DNA from: a bacterium
GTDB lineage: Bacteria > Patescibacteriota > Minisyncoccia > JAUYLV01
Direction: 5' to 3'
Assembly (NCBI GenBank): GCA_030649025.1
Contig: JAUSGO010000016.1
Coordinates: 4,851 to 68,850 of the forward strand
DNA length: 64,000 nt
In this document: positions 52,971 to 62,700 of the stretch, in pieces
How positions within the stretch are numbered: position 1 is the first letter of the stretch
Layout: each line of letters opens with the position of its first letter
The notes under the pieces: model-generated
What the model was told of the DNA's origin: nothing
What the model saw: the letters and a program-made list of their open reading frames with translations, nothing else
Databases searched by the model: none
Position numbers and translations under genes: made by a program

Positions 52971-54287
52971 TTAGGGATTGGTAAGCCGGAAAAGGGGTTC
53001 GAAGCTCTTCCAGCGTTTCACGAGCGCAGTTACCTGCCTGATGAGTTCGAGGTTTGCGCCGTCTATCTGCCGGATGGCCGTGGAGCTGTCCGGCGACATT
53101 GCCGAGAGAACATCAGTGTGTTTCGCGGTAAATTTGTGGCCGAGTTCGTGGATAAGGTTTGACACAAGAGCGTCGCGCGAGAATCCAGCGTCCCACCAAA
53201 GAAGGAGGAATCCTCTTCCCTCCAGGCCGACATCGCGTTTGAAGCACGTCGCATCTTTTCCACAGTTTTGCGGTTGCAGTATCACGGAATTGGTGAGGAA
53301 TATATTGAGAGTGTTCGGAGCCCTTTTTGCGTTGCTCGCGAACGACCATAGATCGGCGTTCTTTGAAAGAGAGAACGTTTGCGTATCGCGCACGAAAGCG
53401 GCAGTGCCCGTTTGTCGGAAAAAATCTCCGAACGCTTCATTGACGATATCCGTGAGTGCCTCGGGGCGCGTCTCGTCAAGCGGCTCTTCAAGCCATAACG
53501 TTACCGGCAAAGTAAGCACCGGCCTCGGCCGATACCAGAGCACGTAGCGGCTTGCAAGTTGCGATTGGTCCACCGCGGAGACGATGCGAATGTCGTGCTC
53601 GCCGCGAAGCTCGTTTGCCGCTTCGACTGCTTTTGCGTAAGTACGGCCGCAATCTTTTGCTTCCCACCGGATGTCCGGAGCTGGCGCAGCGTCTTGGTAG
53701 ACAACGTGCCACTTCGACTGCACTTGCGAACCGACCCAGAAAAATGACACGGCAGGCCTCGCCTTCCAGCGAGAAGACGCCGGCAATTCATTAAGAGCCG
53801 CCAGTGCGTCTTCCTCCGAAGCAAAGAATCCGGTCGACGCCAAATTTCCGCAATCCGTGCACTGGCCGGGTTGATAGAAAAGCGCGAACTCCGCACTTTG
53901 CGCTGCTTCGTGCCACGATGCATGAAGCCGCCATACGGGAATTGACGAGCGATTGCCGTTTACGAATTCCGAAAGTTCCTCGCGCGATCCCTTTAAAAGC
54001 TGCCAACGTCCTGCGATTTGCGTAAGGGGCTTGCGTGCCGTCAGCACAGCCCAGCGGCCGGAAATCTCCGAAGCCGTGCCGGCTTGATAGACGGTAAAGA
54101 AATCGACCGCTTCGCGGTCTTCCGGAAGCGAGTTTGCAAAAAGCATCGCTTCCTCCGGAGTTGCAAACTGTTCCGATGCTGCAAAACTGGGCGAGACGGA
54201 ATCTTCGGCGCGGGCAGGCACCTGTAGCTCCACGAACCAGACAAACGAGATCGAAAGAGTCACAAGAAGCCTGTAGAGTTTTTGCAT
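52971..54287 (-). CDS. Secreted putative zinc metallopeptidase (HExxH) of unknown family
   Basis: Signal peptide MQKLYRLLVTLSISFVWFVELQVPARA; C-terminal LIHELGHKFTAKHTD zincin-like motif. Confidence 0.45.
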   Translation of the reverse strand: MQKLYRLLVTLSISFVWFVELQVPARAEDSVSPSFAASEQFATPEEAMLFANSLPEDREAVDFFTVYQAGTASEISGRWAVLTARKPLTQIAGRWQLLKGSREELSEFVNGNRSSIPVWRLHASWHEAAQSAEFALFYQPGQCTDCGNLASTGFFASEEDALAALNELPASSRWKARPAVSFFWVGSQVQSKWHVVYQDAAPAPDIRWEAKDCGRTYAKAVEAANELRGEHDIRIVSAVDQSQLASRYVLWYRPRPVLTLPVTLWLEEPLDETRPEALTDIVNEAFGDFFRQTGTAAFVRDTQTFSLSKNADLWSFASNAKRAPNTLNIFLTNSVILQPQNCGKDATCFKRDVGLEGRGFLLLWWDAGFSRDALVSNLIHELGHKFTAKHTDVLSAMSPDSSTAIRQIDGANLELIRQVTALVKRWKSFEPLFRLTNP

Positions 54288-54392
54288 GACAGAACCTCCC
54301 TTTTTTGATATGTCAAAGAAAAATACTTAAGTTTCAGTGTCTCATAAAAATAGACCGGACGTCAAGCCACTCACTTTTTAACTAAAAATCCC

Positions 54393-54420
54393 GCCTATAA
54401 GACGGGAATGTGTCAGAGAG
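54393..54420 (-). terminator. Putative rho-independent terminator (CCCG-loop-CGGG plus U-run) downstream of uppS
   Basis: Minus-strand RNA reads CATTCCCGTCTTATAGGCGGGATTTTTAG; short stem, so weak. Confidence 0.35.
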
Positions 54421-54438
54421 AGCGCTTGAAATGCGAAT

Positions 54439-55170
54439 CTAAGAGCCTAGCTTCCTTCTTCGTTCGCTAAAATCTTCTAGAGCCCGAACAAGCTCATCTT
54501 TCGAAAAATCCGGCCATAACGTCTTGGTGTGGTAACGTTCGGCATTCGCAGAAAGCCACATCAGAAACCCAGCGCTATTATGCGACCACCCGGCCATTTC
54601 TTCTCCGGCACGTATCTCCAAATCCACATCGGGCAAAAATCCCGTCGCAAGAACCGAGAGAAGATTTTTCTCATCCACCGGCAATCCATTTTTAATCATT
54701 TGGGATGCGGCTTCGAGCGTCTCCCGCTTGTCGTTATTTCCGAAAAGAACGGTAAGGTGCCGGCCGGTGAACTCCGCCGTCTCACCCTGAAGGGCACCGA
54801 TGAGCCGATCGAGGCGCTGGACGAGCTTTACAAGACCGCGATCCTCAAGGATCTCTTTCCACCTACCGATGACGCGGAACCTGATACGGTCATTGCGGAG
54901 CCTTTGCGATTTCAGTTCCCCATCCAACCCGTTGGAGAAAATATCGACCAAGGCCTCTACTTCTTTGAGGGCGCGTTTTTGCAGATTGGCTTCCGAGGCA
55001 GCCCAGAACGTAACATAGGGAACGCCGGACTTAAAAACCGCTTGGGTTATCTCTCGAAATTTCTCCTCTCCCTTCTTATGGCCATTCCAGGGAAGCAAAC
55101 CCTTCTTTTTTGCCCATCGCCGATTACCGTCAGGGATGATCGTTATATGCTTGGGAATGTGCTGTGTCAT
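54439..55170 (-). CDS. uppS: Undecaprenyl diphosphate synthase (cis-isoprenyl transferase)
   Basis: HITIIPDGNRRWAKKKGL signature of cis-prenyltransferases; 243 aa. Confidence 0.92.
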   Translation of the reverse strand: MTQHIPKHITIIPDGNRRWAKKKGLLPWNGHKKGEEKFREITQAVFKSGVPYVTFWAASEANLQKRALKEVEALVDIFSNGLDGELKSQRLRNDRIRFRVIGRWKEILEDRGLVKLVQRLDRLIGALQGETAEFTGRHLTVLFGNNDKRETLEAASQMIKNGLPVDEKNLLSVLATGFLPDVDLEIRAGEEMAGWSHNSAGFLMWLSANAERYHTKTLWPDFSKDELVRALEDFSERRRKLGS

Positions 55171-55228
55171 AAAACAGTGCCTCCGGAATTTGTAAGTATA
55201 CAGATGATCCCAAAAGGGTCAACCCCGT

Positions 55229-55909
55229 TTAGTGGTCCGCGTAGAGAAAATTCGAGCTGTTAAGGTCCGGATTCGGACATACAGAACACCAGCCTTTTTC
55301 GGGATCCTGTTCGTGCGAGTACCAGCAATGCTTTGAGCACACTAAAATATCTTCCGGTTCCTCAAGTTGAGCGATAAGTTCGTAATCATCGCCGGTTAAT
55401 GAATAATATCCGTATGAATAATTTCCTTGGATGCGCGGATCCGGAGTATTATTCAGCGGATCACGCGGTAGTCCCGCCAAAAACTCCTGCAGGCTGGTGT
55501 CGGGGTCTTCTTCTTCAAAACAGACATTACAGCCAATCCAGTAGTCCGAGTCTGTGCTGAACTGCCAGGATAGCGTTCCCTTCTTCTTGCTATTTTTTTG
55601 TTTCCCGTAGGCATGTCCCCCACCACCGCCTCCGCCCCCACCACCGCCTCCGCCTTCATCGGTAATTGGATAGTTCTCGAACTTGTCATAATAGAGGCCC
55701 AGACCCAGTTGTATTTGACGCAGGTCTGATTTGCGTTTTGCGTCCCGCGAGCGAATTCTCCCCAACCTAAGAGAGGCAAGCAGCAAGGAAGCAAGAAGTC
55801 CAATGATGGAAATAACGACCAGAAGCTCAATAAGAGTAAATCCTCTGAACCATCGCGTGGCACGAGAACTGAAATGCGGAATCCTGCGCCCTATGCTGTC
55901 TTGCGTCAT
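55229..55909 (-). CDS. Type IV pilin / GspG-like pseudopilin with internal poly-Gly tract
   Basis: RG|FTLIELLVVISIIGLLASLLLASL...SRDAKRKSDLRQIQLGLGLYY classic PulG/major-pilin N-terminal domain; G14 run. Confidence 0.75.
   Translation of the reverse strand: MTQDSIGRRIPHFSSRATRWFRGFTLIELLVVISIIGLLASLLLASLRLGRIRSRDAKRKSDLRQIQLGLGLYYDKFENYPITDEGGGGGGGGGGGGGHAYGKQKNSKKKGTLSWQFSTDSDYWIGCNVCFEEEDPDTSLQEFLAGLPRDPLNNTPDPRIQGNYSYGYYSLTGDDYELIAQLEEPEDILVCSKHCWYSHEQDPEKGWCSVCPNPDLNSSNFLYADH
55617..55652. repeat. Perfect tandem duplication of the 18-bp unit CCCCCACCACCGCCTCCG inside the pilin gene (encodes the Gly14 tract)
   Basis: Two identical adjacent 18-mers at 55617-55634 and 55635-55652. Confidence 0.8.
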
Positions 55910-55915
55910 ATGCTT

Positions 55916-56647
55916 TTATGACCTTGCGGCCTTGCGCCATTTTGAAATACGTTGATGATCTCCGGAAAGCAAGATTTTCGGTACGCTCCACCGAACTCCC
56001 TTTTTTGGTTTGAAAATCTCGGGCCTCGTGTAGTGAGGATATTCCGCTTGCGCAATCTCTAACTTTCGAACCCCAACTCCCGACTTTTGACCCTTCGCTT
56101 GTAGCTTAGAATATGGAACGAACGATTCTTCCTTCAGAGATTCTTCATTACCCAGCACGCCGGAAATGTGGCGCGAGACAGCATCGATCACAACCATTGA
56201 GGGAAGCTCTCCGCCGGTAAGCACATATGGACCGATTGAGATTTCCTCATCGGCAATATATTCGGCAACCCGTTCATCAACTCCCTCATATCGTCCGCAA
56301 ATGAAAATAATTCGATCAAGTTTTGAGAATCTCCTAGCCATCTCATGTGTAAACTGCTTTCCTTTTGCGCTTAAAAGCAAAATTTTTGTTTTTTGTTTTT
56401 TGTTTTTTGTTTTTTGTTTTTTCAAAGCCATGAGGGCTTTGAAAATTGGCTCCACCTTCAACACCATTCCCGCTCCTCCGCCGAAAGGCCTGTCGTCAAC
56501 CATTTTATGCTTATCCGAAGCATAATCGCGTAAATTGTGCGTGGTAATTTTGATAAGCCCCCTTTTCTGGGCTCTAGCCAAAATCGACTCCTTGATATAG
56601 GAGTCGAGCATGGAAGGAAAAATAGTGATGATGTCAAGTTGGAGCAC
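55916..56647 (-). CDS. trmD: tRNA (guanine37-N1)-methyltransferase TrmD with a Lys-rich insertion encoded by a heptanucleotide repeat
   Basis: MLQLDIITIFPSMLD..., SPOUT-fold motifs (RPFGGGAGMVLK, IFICGRYEGVDERV); 243 aa. Confidence 0.9.
   Translation of the reverse strand: MLQLDIITIFPSMLDSYIKESILARAQKRGLIKITTHNLRDYASDKHKMVDDRPFGGGAGMVLKVEPIFKALMALKKQKTKNKKQKTKILLLSAKGKQFTHEMARRFSKLDRIIFICGRYEGVDERVAEYIADEEISIGPYVLTGGELPSMVVIDAVSRHISGVLGNEESLKEESFVPYSKLQAKGQKSGVGVRKLEIAQAEYPHYTRPEIFKPKKGVRWSVPKILLSGDHQRISKWRKAARS
56382..56422. repeat. Heptanucleotide microsatellite (TTTTTTG)x~6 within the trmD coding sequence (encodes KKQKTKNKKQKTK)
   Basis: atttttgttttttgttttttgttttttgttttttgttttttc on the plus strand. 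Confidence 0.85.
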
Positions 56648-56668
56648 GGTGTGGCTACTATCTAAACC

Positions 56669-56986
56669 TTAGGCGGCTGACGTTCCTCCCATACCATCAT
56701 CCGGCCTATACTCGTCTACCCATAATTCCGCCCCCTCGAGAATCTCAGCCGATGGATTATGCCCCATTTCTAGAACATCCTTCCCGTACTGCCCGCGCTC
56801 GCCTGCGGTGGCGATTGTGTGCCAAATTTTCTCTGGCGGCGTCTTCGACGGATCAAACACTTCGATACCTCCATTCTCCATTCTTCGTTTATGCACCCAC
56901 GTTTTGGGCCTGCCGTCGGGATACCGTTCGACAACATTGTGGTCCAGTTCGGGATTATGAGATTGTTCAGCTTCAAATTCCGGCAT
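56669..56986 (-). CDS. Hypothetical protein (105 aa) between the histidine kinase and trmD
   Basis: ORF co-oriented in an operon-like arrangement; no recognisable motifs (not RimM-like). Confidence 0.35.
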   Translation of the reverse strand: MPEFEAEQSHNPELDHNVVERYPDGRPKTWVHKRRMENGGIEVFDPSKTPPEKIWHTIATAGERGQYGKDVLEMGHNPSAEILEGAELWVDEYRPDDGMGGTSAA

Positions 56987-57050
56987 ACGACCTAAGTCTA
57001 AAGTATTTTTCCATGAAAATCAAGCCCGTCTAAGTTTTGTACAACAAAAT

Positions 57051-58901
57051 CTAGGCGGACAAGCCAGCTGGAGCAATGGGCAGGGAGAAGGAGAATGTAC
57101 TCCCCTTTCCGCGTTCGGATTCAACCCATATCTTACCGCCCATTTTTTCCACGATCTGTTTCACGATGAATAAGCCCAACCCCGTTCCCTGCACCTTGCG
57201 TGTTTCAGAATTCTCGGCACGATAAAACTTCTCGAAAAGTTTTGCAAGCTCCTCGGGCGTAAGCCCAATACCCGTGTCTTTTATGCGCGTAACGATCATA
57301 TCCCTCTCTACATCGTGCCGGATACCAATAAGCCCTTCCTGACGATTATACTTTATGGCGTTGGAAACAAGATTTACCAGAACCTCGCGGAGTTTGTCGG
57401 AATCGGCAAGCGCCAATGGAAGAGGGCTTAGGGGTAGCGTATGTTCAACGCGAATTTTATGTTCTTCCCACAAAGGCCTCAGATCATCAATGACCGTTTT
57501 GGCCGCATCCACAAGATTTTGCGGAGAGACATCCACCTGCATGCGTCCGGCATCCGACCGCGCAACCTCAAGCAGATCCTGCACTAATTGCACAAGATGC
57601 TGATTTGCCCTCTGAACCTGTTCGAGCATATCTTTGGCTTCCTGGTTAATCGCTCCCGCATCTCCCTCGAGCATCATCGAAATATATCCCTTAATGGCCG
57701 TCACCGGCGTACGTAATTCATGCGCTGCGATAAACACAAATTCTTCACGCAATTGCTGAAGGGTTTTTAGGGCTTTAGCCATCTCATGCAATTCCTCATC
57801 GAGTTCCTCTATCTCGTCGCTTGTTCTAATGGGGATGGTCTCATCAAACTTACCTTCTCCGATATTTTTCGCTTCTTTTTGCAAAAGTCGTATGGGCTGG
57901 GTGATGCGGCGTGCAACCAACATGCTAATCACAAAGATTGCAACAAGCATAAAAAGCGAGTAGATAAGCGCCTGCATGAAAAGATCTCTTACGAGCCTGA
58001 ATGCGTCATCTTCGGGCCACTCGGCGACAAGAATAAAAGGAAGCCCCTGGACGCGATCCACAAAGCCGATAACCGTCTCATTCCAAAAACTGGTATAGGA
58101 CCGGAGAGCGTCACTGTCTCGGCCCGGTACGTTGAGCTGCCAAAGCTGGCCAATAAACGGTACGGTTTTGAGATTTGGATGACTGGAGGCGTCTTTCAAA
58201 GAACTGGCAACCAAATCTCCGCTTTCGGAAAGCAAGAGCAGATAGCCGGTGTTACCCAAAACCGCAAAAGAAATAGCACGCTCAAGCGCCTTCAGCGAGA
58301 CCTCGCCGGCAAGCACGCCGATGATCTGTTCTTGAGAATTTTTTATCGGGTACCCGATGCTCATGCGGGCGCCCTCCAAGGTGTAGCGGATTGGCGAAAG
58401 GTAGGACTTGCCGCTCCTAGCGACGGTGAATTTCTCCAGCTGTGAGGCATCAATGAATTCCTGAACCGAAACCTCCGCCGGGTCACGATCCGTGCGCCCG
58501 ATTTCCTTTCCGTCAAGCCCGAAAAATGACACGCTCTCGATGGCATTGGATTCGGCAAGGACTCCCTGCAGTAAAAAGTTCCGCTGCGCTTCCGGAATTA
58601 CCGCAATGTCATAAATGGTGTTTTCACCCGCACTCGTTGAGATGCGCAGGTCGAAAACACCGGTAACTTCCTCAAAGAATTTTTTGATCTCTTGGACCTT
58701 CTGCCCTACCAGTTGCCGCTCAAGTTCGGCAACCGTGTTACGGCTTGCGATATTTACCAAATACACCGTGATGACCGCCATGGCAAGCAGAGGGGTAATA
58801 GAAACGACCAAAAAATACCTTGCGACTTTATCTCGCAAGTTGCCACGCTTCTTTTTTATTGGCCTTGGTTGTTGAGGCTGTTGTATGAGGGTGTCCGTCA
58901 T
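57051..58901 (-). CDS. Sensor histidine kinase (TM - extracellular sensor domain - TM - HisKA - HATPase_c)
   Basis: H-box FIAAHELRTPVTAIKGYISMM; ATP-lid GTGLGLFIVKQIVEKMGGKIWVESERGKGSTFSF; two TM segments flanking a ~270-aa periplasmic domain. Confidence 0.85.
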   Translation of the reverse strand: MTDTLIQQPQQPRPIKKKRGNLRDKVARYFLVVSITPLLAMAVITVYLVNIASRNTVAELERQLVGQKVQEIKKFFEEVTGVFDLRISTSAGENTIYDIAVIPEAQRNFLLQGVLAESNAIESVSFFGLDGKEIGRTDRDPAEVSVQEFIDASQLEKFTVARSGKSYLSPIRYTLEGARMSIGYPIKNSQEQIIGVLAGEVSLKALERAISFAVLGNTGYLLLLSESGDLVASSLKDASSHPNLKTVPFIGQLWQLNVPGRDSDALRSYTSFWNETVIGFVDRVQGLPFILVAEWPEDDAFRLVRDLFMQALIYSLFMLVAIFVISMLVARRITQPIRLLQKEAKNIGEGKFDETIPIRTSDEIEELDEELHEMAKALKTLQQLREEFVFIAAHELRTPVTAIKGYISMMLEGDAGAINQEAKDMLEQVQRANQHLVQLVQDLLEVARSDAGRMQVDVSPQNLVDAAKTVIDDLRPLWEEHKIRVEHTLPLSPLPLALADSDKLREVLVNLVSNAIKYNRQEGLIGIRHDVERDMIVTRIKDTGIGLTPEELAKLFEKFYRAENSETRKVQGTGLGLFIVKQIVEKMGGKIWVESERGKGSTFSFSLPIAPAGLSA

Positions 58902-58902
58902 A

Positions 58903-59655
58903 TCAAAGAATGATTCCCAATTCGCGCTTTACGGCGTCCGAAAGATACACCTGTCCGATGGGCTTTTGCCGCCCCAGACCCATCACGTCTTCATCGTACG
59001 CCGCGCCGCTCTCGTAGTTATATGCGTCTTTAAGACCAAAAGTATGCCCGAGTTCGTGATAGAACGTGGTTGCCGCATAAGATGTCCCCAAATATCCTGA
59101 AGAGGCAAGAATTTGGTGATCGCCGCCAAGAGCTCCAACGCCCTCGTACAGCACCAATCTGACAGCGAATGTTCCTTCTTGCCCGCTTGGCGTCTTGCCA
59201 AGGCGCCGATCAAGTTCAGCAAGAACTGTTCCCCAGGCGTTGGGATTGCCTCGGTTTGTATCGGTACCATCGTAAAACGCCCCGTCATATTCTCCAATGA
59301 CCGGTTCGCGCGCTACTTCATAGACGAGGTCGGACTTGCCGTGGAACTGCAGGCGATGAAACGCGCGCATCAGGTCAAGAGACTCCTCTACGGTATATGT
59401 CCAATCTTTCCTGATAAGTTCCTGCCTGTCGCGCGGGACAAAATAGACAACGGAAAGTTTAACTCGCTCAAGCAGGACTTTCTCGTCGCCAACCACGTGG
59501 GGTGTTGCGCGAACCACGGGAGAAGCGGACATCGGCGATGGAGCAGGAACACGCGCGGAACGCGTTTCGTAAATAAGCAGAAAAACAATTCCTCCAAGCG
59601 CCGCTATTCCCGCGGCGGCGATAATCAGTGTTCGCGTTTGGAATAAGCGGAACAT
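58903..59655 (-). CDS. Membrane-anchored putative zinc metallopeptidase (HExxH)
   Basis: N-terminal TM helix; FYHELGHTFGLKDAY zincin-like motif resembling that of the 52971-54287 protein. Confidence 0.45.
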   Translation of the reverse strand: MFRLFQTRTLIIAAAGIAALGGIVFLLIYETRSARVPAPSPMSASPVVRATPHVVGDEKVLLERVKLSVVYFVPRDRQELIRKDWTYTVEESLDLMRAFHRLQFHGKSDLVYEVAREPVIGEYDGAFYDGTDTNRGNPNAWGTVLAELDRRLGKTPSGQEGTFAVRLVLYEGVGALGGDHQILASSGYLGTSYAATTFYHELGHTFGLKDAYNYESGAAYDEDVMGLGRQKPIGQVYLSDAVKRELGIIL

Positions 59656-59788
59656 GGCAGAACCTTTGCAAAATCAAAAATCAAATCTCAAAAATCAAAA
59701 TGAAGGAGCGAAGGCTTTCTGAAGCAGTGCTTCGGAAAGCCTTCGAGGTCATCCGAAATTTTGCATTTTGATATTTACATTTTGCATT

Positions 59789-62700
59789 TTATTTTATGAT
59801 TGTCACATTCACCCCCGTCTTATAGAAATCTACTTCGGCCTTGTTGACGATGAACACCGCTTCCCATCTGCGTCCGGTATTATAGAAATCCTCTGCGGAC
59901 ATATCAAGCCAGTGCTTGGTAGCATCATCGTTGACCTCGTACACTTTTGGATCGTTCACATATCGAACCCATGCGGCAAGGCTGTATTGGTCAAGCTCCG
60001 ATTTGGGAACATCGATAATCGGGGCATTTTTAAGATGGCCGTAGAAACCCAGTATCTGAGGTCCGACCACGTAGCGCTTGAAACCGTTCGTGATGATCCA
60101 TACCTTCTGGTCCCCTTCGGCACGAAGTAGCGTGCTATTTGCATATTTTTGATACGCTGGAATTTGCGGATTTGGTGCGGGGACCGATGATGGCGCTGGT
60201 GTATTTGGGGTCGACGAGGGAATTGCCTGCGCTCCAAGTTCTTTTGCCGACGGCGTCTGTGCGGGACCTGTAGTCGTGTACTGGGTGGTATTTGTTGATT
60301 CGTTCCCTGCAAGATCAATGGCGCGCACCGCGTAATAGAAGATGATGCTGGAAACGGCAATGGTCGGGTCTTCTTTTGAGGTTGCGGCAAGATTATCAAA
60401 GATAACGTTACCCAACTCCCCCTTGGTGCTCGAACGATAGATCTTTACATGGTGGAAGTCGTAGGTTGGATTGGACCACTTCACGAGAAACCCGTTCCCC
60501 GTTTTTGTAACGGTGACGTTATATGGCGGATCGGGCGGCTGGGTATCGGCGGGAGCAATCAAAGCAAAGCGCGTAAGATGCCCTACGGAACAGGTAACAA
60601 TTTTCCGCGTGGTATCCACCACTGCATTTGGGACATCTCTCCACGTTGCCGCAGATTCATCCCAGTAAGAAATCTTGAGCGCTGCAGGATCGATGCCGAC
60701 CGAGGCAACATCTGCGTCGGTATAGGGAATAGACACTACTACATCCGAGTTAAAATCTGTGATATTTTTTGCATCTGCGCCGCGAATATCGATATTGTAG
60801 CCAAATCCCACCACATGCTCCAGCGATTGCGATACTGAACGGGTATCGGGAGTGACGGTAATAGTAACCTGCCCTGCCGAAGCCGGCATGGCGCCGGGCG
60901 GAATGGAGATAGTAGCGCCGTCTTTTACCCCCACGATATTCGCCTCCACCGCTTCACTCACCGCCGAGGCCGCGTTAGGCAGTAGTTTCCCCGTGGTCAG
61001 CATTTTAAGATTCTGCTCAATGCGATCTTGTGTGCCAACCACTACAGGGATTTCGGACGACCGGAAAAAGGCACGATCCATTTCATCGGATGAGCCGACG
61101 TACCAGGTGTCATCCTTGGTGATCTGCAGGGTGTAAGAACCATCATCTCCGCTTTCGGTATGCGCATAGCCTCCTTTGCGAGACCATGCGTATACAAACG
61201 CCCTACCCGTAGCTCCTTCGATCTTTCCGGTAATAACGGCATTTGGTGAGCGGAACTGCAGGTCTACATTCTTTGTTTCGCTTGCGCCAACGGTTACTTC
61301 AACCGATGGAGGGTTTGCGTATCCAAGACTGGGAGGCGCAAATACCCGAATAGCATAGACACCGGCAACAATGGGAATGCTGTAGCGGCCTTGAGCATCG
61401 GCTTCTGCGCCAAACCCGCTTGGGTACGACGCACCCGCAACTTGTGAGGCGCCTCCAAAAGGCGTATCGGCGCTTACAAATGCATAAGGAAAGGGTGAGC
61501 CGTCCGGTTTGCGCACGGTTCCGGTTATGCGCGCGCCGGCCCTGCGCAACACAATATTTTTTACAACACTTTGGCCCGCCTCCACACTGGTGCGTAGCGA
61601 CAGAGGGTCGGGAAGCGCGTAGGACCCGTCTTCTATCCATACGCTAAGATGCCAGGTTCCCGGAGAGACAGAAATGCGATATGTACCCGCGGCAGGATCG
61701 TACATGCCATCTTGCCAAATACCGGTATCGCTGGAGGCGTTAATGCGCAGTTTGAGATTTTTAAGAACCATTCCGCCCTCATCCTGCACCTGGCCACTGA
61801 TGACAAGCGTGGTTTTTGAAACTCGGAATGTTGCCGTATTTACAGAGCCGGAGCGGACCGTGATAGTTTGCGGAGAAGGCGGAGCATAATCCGAACCGGG
61901 TGCCGGATGCAGACGCACGGGATAGATTCCGGCCTGAACTTTAAATGAGAACTTTCCCTGTTCGACAGAGCCGCCGAAGTGCTGGGAAGATGTATAGTCT
62001 CCCGCGCTTACAAACCCATAGAAATTTGTAAGTATAGTGCCCTGCTCGTCAACAACGGTTCCCGAAACAGTGGTATCGGAAAACACAAGAGTGAAATCAG
62101 CCCGCGCAGAAACTCCCGCATTCACTGTTACAGAACGCGGCGGTTCGGGATTCGCATAATTTGACTCGGGATTGGGTTCTGCGCGCACCATCCAGGCTCC
62201 GGGTGTCACGAATATCGTGTAGCGCCCGTCACTGCGCGTGACAGCTTGAGCGAAGTTTTGGGAACTGGGCACAAACGCATGCACCGGTATATTGGCAAGC
62301 GGAGCTCCGGAGGCATCTTTAACCACGCCCTCTATGCGGTCTGTTTTTGGAGTAATAGTGATAGTGCCGAAATCTTTTGTATCATTTTCCCCGAGTGAAA
62401 ATGGCATAGGGTCGCCAAGCGGACCCTGATCTTTCTGGAAAATGCGCAGATAATAAGAACCTGCGGGGAGCGAGAAGGCAAACGTGCCATCGGATGCCAC
62501 GGGTCCGCCTTGTCCGAAACCCGTACCGCTTTCGGCGCCGGCAAACGAGTTTACAGGCACCGAGCCATCGGAGTTTTGCACTTTTCCTTTCGCGCGGCTG
62601 GAAGCAAAAAATACGGTGAAGTTAACTTCGCGAAACTCGGGAGTGTCGTTAAGCGCAAAACTCGCCAACGGCGGCTGCTGGTTATAACTCCATGTGGCGG

